Shown here one piece after another: positions 39,970-52,841 of a stretch of 64,000 nt of DNA. Numbering within the stretch: position 1 is the stretch's first letter; every line of letters begins with the position of its first letter. The notes beneath the pieces were generated by a model that was not told where the DNA came from, did no database searches, and saw only the letters and a program-made list of their open reading frames with translations. The translations under genes and the position numbers were made by a program. Source of the stretch: Antechinus flavipes (lineage: Eukaryota); contig NC_067401.1 in the NCBI RefSeq assembly GCF_016432865.1, forward strand, positions 141,174,001 through 141,238,000. The letters are read 5' to 3'.

Positions 39970-40435
39970 TGTGTTTTTTATAACATGGCACCCAGAACTA
40001 AACTCAAAGGTGATCTGATCAGATCAGGGTATATTACCTATATTACCTTTCTTTTGGTGGCACTATGCCTTTCTTTAAAAAAAAAAAAAAGTAACTTAGC
40101 ATTACATTGTTTGACTTCTGTGTCAACCTGACTCCTGAAAAGTTTGCCATCCAATTAACTCTCCAGAAGTTTTCCCATGGGAATTGTTGTCTAGACATGT
40201 CTTTCCCAATCTGTACTTATGAAGTTAACCTGCTGAAACCCTGTTGAAATCTCATTTAGTGCCACAAATCATTCTAGCCTGATGAACTCTTTTTGGTTCC
40301 AGACTGTTATACAAGTAACTATCTCCAAGTGTCATATTATTTTGTAAATTTGACAAATATGTCTTCTCTGCCTTTCTCCTAGTCAAATAAAAATGATGAA
40401 TAAACAGCAAAGGGCCAAGGACAGATCATTGGAGC
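39970..40435 (-). mobile_element. CR1/L3 LINE fragment
   Basis: Antisense CR1 RT-like sequence (ggccaaggacagatcattggagcaactcc). Confidence 0.55.
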
Positions 40436-40506
40436 AACTCCCTCTTAAGTCAGGGTTTCTGAAACTTTTCTGTATCACTGTAGAGCCTATGTACTCTTCC
40501 CAGAAT

Positions 40507-40507
<1 letters not shown>

Positions 40508-40550
<43 letters not shown>

Positions 40551-40691
40551 TTTTTTTTGAGAGGCAAATGTGGTTGTGACTATCCTTGGATCCCAGAGCT
40601 AAGAGGTGTTAAAGTGTTTGCGGCAGCATTTGAACTCAAATCCTTCTGGTTCCAGGATCAGTGCTTTACTTACTGCATCATCTAGCTGCCC
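40508..40691 (-). mobile_element. WSINE1-type SINE with a ~50-nt A-tail inside a hAT MITE
   Basis: Long poly-T, then a reverse WSINE1 body; cagaatgttttt repeated on both sides. Confidence 0.75.
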
Positions 40692-41899
40692 TCAGAATGT
40701 TTTTAAATGAATAAAATAAAATAAAAATGCATTGGACCACAAACTATAATAAGACTCAATTATTGTTTTTGGTTTTTTGCGGAGGCAATTGGGGTTACAT
40801 GACTTGTCCAGGGTCATACAGCTCATGAAAAAGTGTCATTCATCATAGTCTACTTTGCATTCTGAGAATCAGGGTGGTACTTTGGATAGAGAGTTGAAGT
40901 TAACCTGCTTGGAACTAAAAAGAAAAGGGACCAAATTTTATTTTTGACACATTGTTATATGGCCATTGCATAGATTTTGTACTGTTCTCAAAGTTCCTTG
41001 AGAGCAGGACCTGTATTTTAGTAACCTTGATAGTCCACTCAGGGAGTAGCATAGGATCTTGAATAGATTTTCAAATGAATTGTCTGCCAAGTAGAGAAAG
41101 GGGGAGGGAGATCCTTTGGAGTAGAGTTACTACAGTCAGTTGAAATCTTGAAAACTAAATAGTTAGGGACACTATATGAGCAGGAGTTAATAATTACCTT
41201 TTACTTCCAATCAGTTCAAGATGGAATTCTTCCCAGCTAAAAAAGAAAATGGTCTACAGCAGTAAAAGTATCCAAAGGCAATTTATGTTTTAAGTAATTT
41301 TACTAGTGGCATTGGGGAAAATCAGAAGAGAGTTAATGAAGTTGGTTGGCACTTTCTCTAAGAGGAGTTATCAGGAAGAATAATTTAAAGTTGGTTTTTT
41401 AAAAAGTGTAAGACCAGTTTAAAAGAAAAAGACATCTATTTGCAGATCGACTACCCGGTATAGCTAAAAATCTTCTGCATCATTCTTTTACTTTGCTGCA
41501 TGTCTCCAAGATGGCATCATCCCAAGTTCACAGTTGAGTCAACTACGGCACCAACTTTTTATATCACACCTAATCCCTTGAGGACTGGAGTATTTTTACC
41601 CTCTTTCCCACAATGGGGGAAAAGGGGGGAGAAGGCAGATGGACAGACTCCACTCAAATATTAACCAATCACTCGACAAAAGTCTAGTTAGCTGCCAATT
41701 ACTGGGGACATTAATAGAAATAAAAGTTCCTGCCCTCAAGGAACTTACAATCTATGAGGGAGTAGTACTTCAATGTACTCAACCACCTTATTAGGGGGTT
41801 TTTCTGAAAATATGTTTCCAAACTCATCTATTCTCTATGTTCTTTGCTGGGGAAGGGTGACTTGTTTTGTGGTGTAATTTAACCTAATTCCCGTCCCCT

Positions 41900-42570
41900 C
41901 CACCACTTGGGACAACTCCCAAAGGGCCGGAGCCCTTCGCCATAAACGAGCTACAAAAGAGCCACTCATTGCCCAGAAAATCATTTTCTTTTCCGGTAAA
42001 ATTACAGAGCCACGCTCGAAAGGGGCCAGCGAAGAACCAGCTCTCAGAGGCGCCCCTCCTTGGTCCTCCAGCCGCAAAAACTGGGAGCGGGGCTGAGGCC
42101 TCCGCTTTGGGGCTCCGTCCCTTCCTAAAACCCAGGGACCGGGACGGCTGGCCACATGCCCGCCTACCTGTCCTAGGGGGCCCACGGAGAAAGAACGAAG
42201 TGCAGCCACTCGGGTCTAACTGGGCAGGAGGGAGGATCCGGCTCTGGACCGCGAGGTCACGCGTCACGTCACCGTCACCCGCCACCCGCCACACACGCGA
42301 CCTCTCGAGATCACCGAGTACGGTCAAGGGTGGCCGCGCGGTCGCCGCCTGCTCTACTGCAGAAGCCTGAACAGGGACAAAGGAAGCGGGAGGGGACCGC
42401 CGCCCGGAGGAACTAATAAAGCTCACTTCCATTTGCGGGCCCCAGCCCCACTTTTTTCTGATCTCTCTTTTCCCTTCAAATAACTGCCTCGGCGGCTTCA
42501 CCCACCCAGCAACAGACAGCAGTGCCATTGGCCCGCCTGGGACGAGCCCCGCCGTTGGTCCAATCAGGAC
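41900..42570 (-). promoter_or_regulatory. DCAKD: CpG-island promoter and probable non-coding exon 1 of DCAKD
   Basis: Dense CpG; GC box and CCAAT at ~42546-42564; tandem GTCAC/CRE-like motifs at ~42256-42280; minus-strand donor CAG|gtaggc at 42168/42167. The TSS itself is not determinable. Confidence 0.75.
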
Positions 42571-43904
42571 CTTGCTTGCTTAGCTCTCTTTCTCTCTCCT
42601 CTTGCAATGTGAGCTGGGGTTAAAGTAGAGGATAGAGAGAAGGTTGAAAAAAGTGGGTGCGAGAATACGTCTACCAGTTTTCCTTGAATGCTCTCCTTGA
42701 GGCCAATATAGGCCCGAGTCTCAACCTCTCCAGTAGTTTACCTTCTAGATAAAGGTAAAATAAAGAATGATGCATGCCCATTTACCGGTCGGTGCAGGGC
42801 TACTTATGAAATAACCGTAAACTAGAATGTAGGGCAAATTTCTAATTTAGAAGGGAAGGGCCTCCACCTTCTCCTTGGGAATAATTTTAGCAACTCTGTA
42901 GCTTGGAAAAAGTTCGTCTAGAACCAGAGAGTTGGGATTCAGGAGCTGCAACTCAGTATCTATGTTTTGTTGGGCAAGCTACACCTCATCCGTCAAAATG
43001 TAGATACATTTTGGTCTCTTAAGGTCCCTTCCAGTTCTAAATACTCCCTCACCTTTGCCAGGATTGCTATTCCTCTTTCTCAGTCTCTTAAATGTTATCA
43101 AATAAAATGTGTACCTTGCTGTGCAAATCTTGAGGAACTATATAAACGCTATTATCCCACTATATATCCCCATTATTTTTGGAGACAAGATGAAATCCAA
43201 TCTCCTCTATAAAACCCTAAAAGACCCCTCTCTTCGTTGGACTCCCTAGTCCCATCTGTACTATTCATTTGACACATCCACTCTATTGGATTGCTATTTA
43301 ATTTTTCACACGTGTTTCTACAAGATGGATTAAATTTTAATACTTCTTTGTAGGCTCCACAAAGTCTAATAATGCTGTGCCTTGTACATAGTTCACAATA
43401 TTTATTGAATATAAATTGAATTCATTTTAATGGGGATTGGAACAGTTATTTGAGAGCAACGAATTGCTGAAATTAAAAATAAAAACAAAAACCGACACCT
43501 GAAAGGAGTTAGGAGCCTGGCAAGAAGTACACTGAAATAAAAATTTCTCTATTTCACAATTTCAATCACTACTAGCCAATCATTTTAAAGAACAACCAAG
43601 TATATAAGACACTAAAAAAAGGCTGCTGCCAGAGACAGCCTTCAATTAACCTTCAACAGAATAAGGATAATATTGTTTGTATTTTCATGAATTTTAACAT
43701 TTATGACATTTTGGGAACTTCTTTTTTATTATAAACTTCAGAGTCAGATTCTGAGCTCCATAAGAATATTTATCTGTTTTTCTTCATACGACATTTTGGA
43801 ACCCAAAAATTATTAACTGTTTTTTTCTTACTTGCTTACAAGGACAGTAAGGGAAACAAAGATGAATAAGATAACATACTTCAAGGGCTTATAATCAAGG
43901 AAAA

Positions 43905-44200
43905 TAATGTTGCTCACCCTTTCTTTTCAAAGATGACCAATGACATCATGGAGAGATATCCTGATAGGTTTGTGAATTGGATTTAAATGAGGCAGAGTTG
44001 TACAAAGTTGTACAAAGTACAAAGCTTCACACTCTCTTCCTAGTCAACAAGTACAGTGGCAGAACAAACATTAAGACAACTGGTGATGACTCACAATGTA
44101 GTAGATGACCTTGGTATCTTCAATATTTGAACAAGCTCTGAGCCTTAGACAGCACCTGCTTTAATCTCCTTTATGATCCTTGAAATGGCTGTTCTCTGCT
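43905..44200 (-). mobile_element. RTE-related SINE or fragment
   Basis: Begins with the reverse complement of the RTE 3' end (gttgctcacccttc...gaccaatgacatca). Confidence 0.6.
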
Positions 44201-44204
44201 TAAA

Positions 44205-45313
44205 GGGCAATAAAACTGTGCATACCCTTTGATACAGCAGTCTCACTATTAGGTCTATTTCTCAAAGACATCATAAAAGAGAGGAAAGGACCCATATGTA
44301 CAAAACTGTTTGTAGCAGCCCTTTCTATAGTGACAAGGTGTACTGTCCAGGCTAGCTTTCTGGAGGTCCTCCAGACGAGGCTTGGTCTCAGCAGGATAGT
44401 CACCATGAGGATGGTCAGGAATAGAGTGTAAAGTCTTTATTCTTGAGTCTCAAGTCTGTTTCCTTCATAGTCTGTTCACTCTTGACTGACTGACCCTGTC
44501 CCCGGTTCTCTCAACCCTTAAATATCCTATTACATCACTACAGCAACTGGGCATATGCCAACTGTAGAACATTACATCACCATATCACACTAAGTATATG
44601 CCAACTAGAGTGATCACATCATTACAATACATTAAGTATATGTTTAACTAGACAACCATTATCAATCACACTGAGTAGGTGCTTAACTATATAAGCCCCC
44701 TGCTTTTTGATTCAAATATACCTTTCCAGAGTTCCAGCCCTCTACAGCAAAGAATTGAAAATTGAGTGGATGCCCATCAGTTGAGAAATGGCTGAACAAG
44801 TCATAGTATATGAATGTAATGGAATATTATTGTTCTATATATTCAATCTATATATATTGTCCTACAATGAGTAGGATGATTTCAGAAAAGTCTGGATTTA
44901 TATGAACTGATAATGAGTGAATAGAACTAGAATGTCATCCATAGCAGCAACAAGATTATGTGATGATCAACTCTAATAAACTTGACTCTTCTCAATAATG
45001 TTATGATTCAAGGCAGTTCCAATAGACTTGGAATGGAAAATGCCAATTGCATCCAGAAAAATACGGAGATTGAATGCATAGTATTTTCCCTTTTGGTCTG
45101 ATTTTTCTTGTATAACATGACAAATGTTTAAATATGTTTAAAAGGATTACGCATTTTTAACCTATATCAGAATGCTGGCTATCTTAAGGATGAGGCAGAT
45201 AAGGGAGAAAAAAATTGAAACTCAAAATCTTACAAAATGTTAAAAACTATCTTTACATGTAATTGGAAAATCAAATACTAGTGAGAAAAACAATCAAACC
45301 ATGAAAAAAAAAT
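44205..45313 (+). mobile_element. Older L1 3' fragment split by the LTR at 44339-44746
   Basis: ORF2 tail and 3' UTR continuous across the LTR. Confidence 0.8.
44339..44746 (-). mobile_element. Solo LTR (408 bp) inserted into an L1 fragment
   Basis: TGTA...TACA termini; degenerate 6-bp TSD acaagg/gcaaag; L1 sequence resumes after removal; minus-strand AATAAA and TATA-like box; degenerate ~45-bp tandem repeats in U3. Confidence 0.8.
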
Positions 45314-47260
45314 AGAAATAAACTGTTCTCTTCCACCCATTCCAACAAGGAAAGTCTTTATGCTTTGGGTAGAAAGCCATTTAACTCACTAAGGGGTTTG
45401 AGACCTATCAGTTATCCTCAATTTGCTTCAGACCCTCTGTTAAGATGATTTATCAAAATGTGGACACTGAGCATACTACAGTTTTCTAGTGCTACATCAC
45501 AAAGTTGGGTTACAGGTAGATACTAAAAGTGGCTGACAGGGTCTTGGTAAACCCTCACATTAGAAGTGCTAGGTTACACTGAACACCCCATACACCCCAA
45601 GAGATCATGAAAAATAATGGGAAAAATAATGAAAAATAATATATTTGCTAAGATCCCTGCTATGTGATCTTCACTATTTTTTTCCCCCGATGGCAAACTA
45701 TCCCCAAAGCTAAATTAGTTTAGGGGCCTAGGGCTCAGGAAGTTGACTCAGTTTTCCATTCATCTGTGACATTAACAAAACATCCCAGGAATAATACAGA
45801 GTCCCTCAGACTTAGCAGATGTGACACTGCCATAAATATAAAAATACAGTTTAACTTTTCCTATATCATTAAAAAGTAAAAGTTCAAGTCACCACCCCCA
45901 ATTGACCAGACAGACATCAATTGACCAGATATCTTTCCATATGGAAACTAGGGGAAATTTATTTATGGAACTAGTGCTATAACAAAGTACTCTTGTTAAT
46001 TTTTTTGTGAAAGTAGTCTATAACAATGAATTTAAACTCAAACAGAAACTTTTTTTGTGTGTACCACAAATTGACTTAGGAAAAACATAAATTAACATTG
46101 CCTATGTTGGATGCATTTTTATTTATTAAATATTTTCCAATTAAATTTTAATCTAGTTCAAGTCTCTACTACTTAGCCAAAATTCTACATCTCTGGTCTG
46201 TACGTATCTCATTTTATTTCAATGCTAAGCTGGACCACTGGCCTAACCTGAATCTTGCTTGGCATACCTATGGTGTTAATTAGTTGGATTAGATTAGAAT
46301 GAGCGCATGGTTTTCATAATTGAAATGGAGGAAGGCATCTATGACTTCAATGATCCTTTCAAATTGCTTGTGTTTAACCTATATTGGATTGCTTGCTTGG
46401 ATTAGAGAAGGGAAAAAGGGAGAAAAATATGGAGCATTAGGTTTTATAAAGATGAATTTGAAAACTATCTTTGTATATATCTGGAAACATAAAACACTAT
46501 CAAAAAAAAAATTTTAAGGCCACAATAGTTACTGAGAGCATGGTCCCAGATAACTAATTCAGAGCCCCTACTTGCAGTATTCCATCAGTTTAGAAAGCTC
46601 AGAGACCATCTACTTTGGAAAAGTCAATAATATAAGTTAAAAAAATCTCAGAAGTCTCAGATACTGACCCTTTTAAAACATCTAAACCACTAGTGGTACC
46701 TGTCTAGCTCAATAAAGATGAGTTTTTGTTGCAATTGCATTCCAGATGGAGAAACTCGGGTGAGGAGTGGGTGAGATGATTCCTAAAAGATAGTATTCTG
46801 GACTAAGCCTAATTCAAACCATTCCAGAGTTCCCAGCTCAGTATTAGAATGCAGTGAGATACTTGTGGATCATATATGTCAATAAAAGCAACTTTAACAA
46901 AGTTGCTGAGAGATTATAAATTGGTTGTTGGCAACTTGTCCCTTGGCCTGAGATGATATGGAGAATTCTGTTTGTATTAATACCTACTAATTAAAAAAGA
47001 ATGCACAGAAGAAAGCAGAAAATATAAATGGCTGTGCTTCAGAAAGTAATGTTTAGAGGCCAAAATTAGATCATATAAACACAATTGAGGGAGATCAACA
47101 AATGAAGATTGAAAATCACATAAATATATAAGAAAATGATAGGAGAAGACAGAAAATCTAAGAGAAAAGGCAGAAAATACAATTAATTTATTGTAATCTA
47201 ACCATTCACATTGAAGCACAAGAGAAAAGTACAAAGCATATAAGACAAGAGGGAATCTGA

Positions 47261-47262
<2 letters not shown>

Positions 47263-47346
<84 letters not shown>
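47263..47346. repeat. Interrupted (TA)n array of about 40 units
   Basis: Seen directly; abuts the LTR at 47343. Confidence 0.95.
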
Positions 47347-47348
<2 letters not shown>

Positions 47349-47991
47349 GGGCCAGAATTCTGAACTTAAAACAAAGGAGTCTTACAAGGTACTAAGTCAG
47401 TGGAATTGAAAGAGACAATTATCTAATTTAGTATGGTTCAGTATGATTGATTTAATCCTACAAGGAAATGTTATGGGCCAGAACTTGAAACAAGGTACTA
47501 AGTGGAATTGAGAAGACAATGGTTAAATCTAGTTTAGCACTAATTTAATCCTACAACAAATAATGGTTTCCTAGTGATATAATGATTTTTTTGTACTCAG
47601 TGTGGAGCATATAAACTAGAAGCCAGGAGATTCAGAGACATTTGGAGAGAAGGCACAGGACTGGTGGCAGGAGCTTAAGCTCTCAGAACCAAGGGGAGAA
47701 ATTCAATTCGATCTTCGATCTTCCTGATGGCTGGCTTGGACTCTTGCACTTCCCCCACTAAGACCAAGGTCAGACTGAAAGGCTCTCCAGAAAGCTGCCC
47801 AGCCCCAGGAAGGAGATAATAAAGGATCTGAACTATAAGAAAGCTAACTGGGCCCAGGAAAGGAGACAAGACTTGGAAAGAGACAATAAAGGATTTGGAC
47901 TTTAATCCCTGGCTTCACTTATGGTAATTACTGAACTGAAAGGAAGGCTGCTCCCAGATACCCCAAGAAAACCTCAATAGAGAACATTACA
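47343..47991 (+). mobile_element. Solo ERV LTR with duplicated U3 block
   Basis: ttatgggccagaa...tactaagt...ggaattga block occurs twice; TATA (gcatataaac), AATAAA twice, ends cattaca. Confidence 0.75.
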
Positions 47992-48007
47992 TTTTAGAGA
48001 GAATATT

Positions 48008-48038
<31 letters not shown>

Positions 48039-48606
48039 TAGGTATACACACACATTTTAAGCATGAAGACACAAATACTCGATGAAAGGAAAGTGATACT
48101 AAACAAAATTAGTAACACTACTGAAAACATTAAATCTCAAGGTGACACTGAGTATAATTAAAACTGATCTGATAAATGTGAATACTGCCAAGATCAGGAA
48201 TATAAGAAAATGAGAATGAAAGTGAAAATGATAACAAATAGTTAGAGAACCTCAATAGGAGCTATACCACTCTAAAGGGTGACTTCTGAAAGTAGGGAGA
48301 TAAGTGGTGGGTAGGTGGTTTCAAGGATGAGACAGATTATGATCTAAAAAATTTCCAATTAATTCTGAAAATATCATAAAGATCAATTTTAAAATGAGAT
48401 AAAAGCTGTTCTAGAATAGAAAAAAAAAGTTGAATTAGAAATTTTAAATTAAAAATAAATTCAGTGAAGAGATAAAATAAGCACTAGGAATGGCAATATG
48501 AAGTAAATTTAGGAAATAAATTGTAAAAGAATATTATATAAAATTTACATGACCTGAAGAAATCAAATCAGATATTCATCACAGGGCACAAAGGTTTGCT
48601 AGTTTA

Positions 48607-49861
48607 TGTTGTGAACTGCACACAGGACTTGGCAAGAAAAGGGATTTTAACAATTAACAAGGGGAAAGACAAGTTCCCCAGTGGAATTCAGAATTAATCA
48701 GAAGGAAAACACCATTAAAGGGAATGTGCCATCAATGAGTCTTCAATGTGGTTAGCAGAGTAATTGATAAAAATTAATCCCTTAGGCAAACAGGAAGGAA
48801 TGATGTAAACTGTGTCCTCTTTAATCTTTGGAGGAAGGGTGGTCCTGAGCCTCAAACCCTCCCAGCTTCTGGGAGGAGCCCCACCCTCCTAGGGGAAAAT
48901 CCCAGATAAGTAATCTTATTCAATTGGAAATCTCACTCTAGGAAATAGTCAACTCCTCTATTGAGTTGAAGATTAGTCTCCTGGAACTGCTCCCCAGCTT
49001 GGGGCCAGGGCAAACTTGATAAAACTGAAGGCTTGTCAATCTATCTCTGCTAATTCCTAATCAGGAATGCCCATTGAGTTGTTTCTCAGTGTGTTTACAC
49101 TTAGCAAATCTTAGCAAAAGTCCTGTTGATGCTGTTTGAGTGGTCTAGAGGTTGTTAAGAATCCCCTTTAAATTGGCCGCACATTTTAAGAGTGAAAGAA
49201 TTCACTCATTCGCGAATTATTCGCTGCAAAATGAAAGTTTATTGTTAAACAGAAATCAGTTTACCAAGAGACTGAATTCTATAGTGGCATGTCTATTGGA
49301 AAATGGAGTTTAGCAGTAAGAATGCAGTTCTCAGTGGACAGAAAGTCCTGGCAGCTGAGTGAGCTACTGAGGTCCACATGCAAAAGACCTTCATTGAAGG
49401 AAGTTATTATATTGGGTCTTAGTGGAAGCTGAGACCTGCCAAGCAGGTCAGACCCAGTGGGGGCTGGGACAGCCCAAGTTGGTTCATCTACAAGCTGGGT
49501 TTCAGTTTTGAGCTGGAATTTGAATAGAATTGAATGAGTTTAATTCAATAGGGTTGGAATTCTTTTGCTCAGGACTGAACCAACTCCACCTAGATAACAG
49601 AATGAAAGTGTCTTGTTTCCCTCAGGTGAGTTTCCCTTACTTTCCCTTCAAGGAGTTTTAGAGTTTTGGGGTCCCTTCTTCATTATCAGAGTTTGTCTGC
49701 TAAGGAAGTTGTTTCCTTAGTGTAATAAACCCATTTTTGCCACAAACCTTGAGCCTGCATTCATTAGGGTTTGCACATTCTTTCACAAAGCCTGCCATTG
49801 GCTAAGGGGTATCCCATTGCTGTCAGGGGATCGCTCAACTCTCATTTCTCACACCTCAACA
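48607..49861 (+). mobile_element. Solo LTR interrupted by a second LTR
   Basis: Starts tgttgtgaac, AATAAA at 49724-49729, ends ctcaaca; no clear TSD; related to the LTR at ~50924-51480. Confidence 0.6.
49153..49688 (-). mobile_element. Nested LTR (antisense) inside the 48607-49861 LTR
   Basis: TG...CA ends, candidate TSD gaggt/gagtt, minus-strand AATAAA near 49238; U3 start (gggaccccaaaactctaaaactccttgaagg) resembles the LTR at 54776. Confidence 0.6.
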
Positions 49862-49969
49862 GGAAAAAGGCTCTGAAAATGGAGATCAGTTTAGCTTCAT
49901 AGTCCCACCTTTTAGAGAGATGATTCAGTCTGAAATTCAAGTAATGTCAAACTTCTGAGACCTACCGTC

Positions 49970-50908
49970 TGTAGAAATCCCAGTCATGTCCCTAGGTTAA
50001 ATTTTCCTTATAAAATATACTAAAATAAAAAACTACTACCTTCCGTTGGGTAAGCCCACCCCGAACTCTGCATTATGGTATCTTTCTCTTTACTCTATCC
50101 CATGCCATATGGTATCTCTCCCTAACTCCATTATGTTTCCCAACTCTACTTCTCCTCCTTACAGCTAACTAACTTCTTTAGGGTGCTAAGTCTCTTTCAG
50201 GATTTAGTCTGCCTCAACCTCATGAAGACTTCCTTTCTATTGGGTAATTGTGAGTTCCACTGAGGAATTTGTCTTTCATATTGTTGTGCCACAGTCCCCT
50301 TTTATTGTCCTGACTCAGTTTCCCTGAATTGTTCTATCTCAGTTCCTAATTGTTCTGCTCAATCCTGTACCATCCCTCCCTCCTAATCATGATGATCCAG
50401 ATAAGGAAAAAGATCTTCTATCTTAGACATCATCAGAATGTCCAGTGCTTCTCCCTGTTCTGGCATCCCAACTTATCAGAATGCCCAATACCACTCCCTA
50501 CCCTGTCAGAACCAGATTGATAGTCTGTTTCTGCTCTCAGTGCTCTAACTGTCCCTGCCTCGGTCTCCCCCTGTAGCTGAGCCATTATGAATATATACTT
50601 CATGGGAAGCACACATTAACTGCTGGATGCTTTGGACATCAGTCCTGAGGGCAACATGCCCCTAGCACAACCTCTCCCTTTCAAATAAATTATTAAAAAC
50701 TCTCTAATCTCTATCTTGCCTCAGTTTCCAGCATTACGATATGTTCTTCCACTCTATTTCATATTTACCATTCCTGGTGTCTATTGTATCCCTTCACTTT
50801 GTCTACTTTTCCCCTAAATAAATCTACTTTTTGCCAAAGAGAATGGCCATTGTGAATTCTTCACATAACTGAACCCCAACTTTTGGTGCCTGTCATCATT
50901 TGGTAACA
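49970..50908 (+). mobile_element. Solo LTR interrupted by a second LTR
   Basis: Starts tgtagaaatcc, AATAAA near 50816, ends tggtaaca; continuous once 50282-50742 is removed. Confidence 0.6.
50282..50738 (+). mobile_element. Nested ERV1-type solo LTR (457 bp)
   Basis: 4-bp TSD ATAT (50278-50281 and 50739-50742), starts TGTTG, TATA-like box near 50590, AATAAA at 50684-50689. Confidence 0.72.
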
Positions 50909-50923
50909 ATCCCCACACCACAT

Positions 50924-51480
50924 CATCATGAACTAGGAGTAAGCCACTGATTGGCAGACTAATCCTAAAAGGGATTTAGCAAAGATTTATACAGTAGAAA
51001 GATGTTTTATAAGGAAAATATAATGAAGGGAGGAAAGATTGACATCATAACTTGATTTTCTGATTGGATACAGTAAGGTGGTATTTCTAAAGACCTCCAA
51101 TTGGGGTGGGACTATAATGAAAGTGATGTAATAGGACTCTTGTGTCCCCCTGATCTTTGTTAAGGGTGGGCTACCTGGCCTGGGGAAATTCCTAAAAATG
51201 ACCCTCACCCACCTGAATCTCCCAGCTCTGGGAAAACTACCTAGTTCCCACAGGAAACTCCCACTTCCAATTGATCTGGGAATCACTTTGGACTGGGAAA
51301 CAATCACCATCCTTATTGATTTGGAAATTAGCCCCAAACCATAGAAATCTAAATAAAAAACAAGACTCTGTACTCCAAACTATCTTCCTAATCAGGAAGC
51401 AGCCTACTGAGGGAAAGAGTTTCTCAGTGAAATAAGTCCATTTTTGTCAAAAACCTCACTAGCAGACTGAGACTGCTACA
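50924..51480 (+). mobile_element. Solo LTR related to the 48607 LTR
   Basis: Shares ttcctaatcaggaa...tttctcagtg and aataa..ccatttttg.ca.aaacct blocks with the 48607-49861 LTR; ends gctaca. Confidence 0.55.
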
Positions 51481-52841
51481 CACCATCCTGGAGAACACCA
51501 TGGCTGTTAGATTATCCTCACCCCTCATCAAAAGTCCATTTGAACAAAAGACCTACTTGAAAACAAAAGGCTAATTTCAGGCTGGGATGATACCATTAGT
51601 ACTCTTCCTGCTTGTCTCAGGGAGTATTATAATTCTATCCATACTTCAGGCCTTCTCTGCTGTCCCTCCTCATTACCCAAGACTCAACATTCAGGACATA
51701 CTTGCGACTTTCCAGAATTCAGAATATGTATTAATAGCATAACATTCCAGTCATGGCTCAACTGCTCAACTCATACCACCACCACCAGGTTAGGTCCTAG
51801 AGGAATAGTTGTTACTATCCCTAGAATTTAATGATGTGATTCTAGTGGTAGAGAATTGAAGTATGAGAATCCCCTCTGGTCAGTGCACAGGTCCAACATG
51901 AAAGAATTAGTGCATTGGAAAAGTGAATGGCAAAAGGGATTTTTATTGGCACTGAGAAGCCATCTTTGCTAGGAAAACAGACTTATTAAGTCTTGTTAGG
52001 GAAATAAAGGTTATCACTGAGAAGGGGTTATCTTCACAGCAGGCAAAAATCCTGGCATGCAGCTATGCCAAATAGAGAAGTCCCTTGACAAAGCATAAAC
52101 CTACTTTGGATTTTGTACTTCTGCAGAGATTTGGTCAAAATTGTCTTTTATTGGTGGTCTGGGGCTTGGGCTTCTATTGAATGAGATTCTTTCAATGTTG
52201 CCAATGTTCCCAGGCCTAGATTTCCAATTGAAAAGAGAATACTTATCTTGGAGTTTCAAGCCACTCAATAGCAATATCAGGCCCAAATCTCTAACTGAAT
52301 AAATCATTTTGAAGGCTTTTTCCTAGAACCTAGAATTTTCTGAAGAGGATCCAGACGACCCCCAAAAGATCAATGGAGGGTGATTTGACCAAGATCTTCA
52401 ATTGAATGACGCTGTTTAACTTGGTAAAGCTTGTCTGGGAAAGTATGTTTTTCCCAAGACTTTTTGGAGTCTGAGACCCTGAATCTAATTTCAAAGTTCA
52501 CTCCCATCATTATGGATAACCCTTTGGGTAACTATTCTTCTAAATACCAGAATACACTCTCATATGGATAAGATTCCCTTTACTCTGTTAGTAGATTCGA
52601 TTTTTTTTAGCAAAGAATTCAAATGGCATAGCAATATCAGTAGTTACAAAAGCATTTCTCCCAATTATCATGAACACATTCAGGGAAGAAGAATGAAGCC
52701 AGACTTTTGAGGACATGTGTAGGGTACACATGTGGCCAAGGCAATTCATAACAATAACACAAAGATTCACTATCTTTTCTCTCTCCAAAGGATCTCAAGA
52801 AATTAAGTCACTTCAGAACATCCCCTCATTTTTCACCTGGC

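Noticed and set aside
41835-42528. 214-, 133- and 124-aa ORFs at the DCAKD promoter
   Set aside because: GC-rich CpG-island artefacts with low-complexity Arg/Pro/Ala/Gly content.
46980-48600. A-rich flanks of the 47343 LTR as L1 ORF1
   Set aside because: Only vague coiled-coil-like translation; too decayed to assign.
51481-52841. Endogenous bornavirus L-like element (fragments MAQLL, SSCLS, RDLV and IGGL...FQL recall Borna disease virus L)
   Set aside because: The short matches fall in different frames and are not collinear or correctly spaced. Four- to five-residue matches are expected by chance at this scale. Kept only as an unassigned segment.
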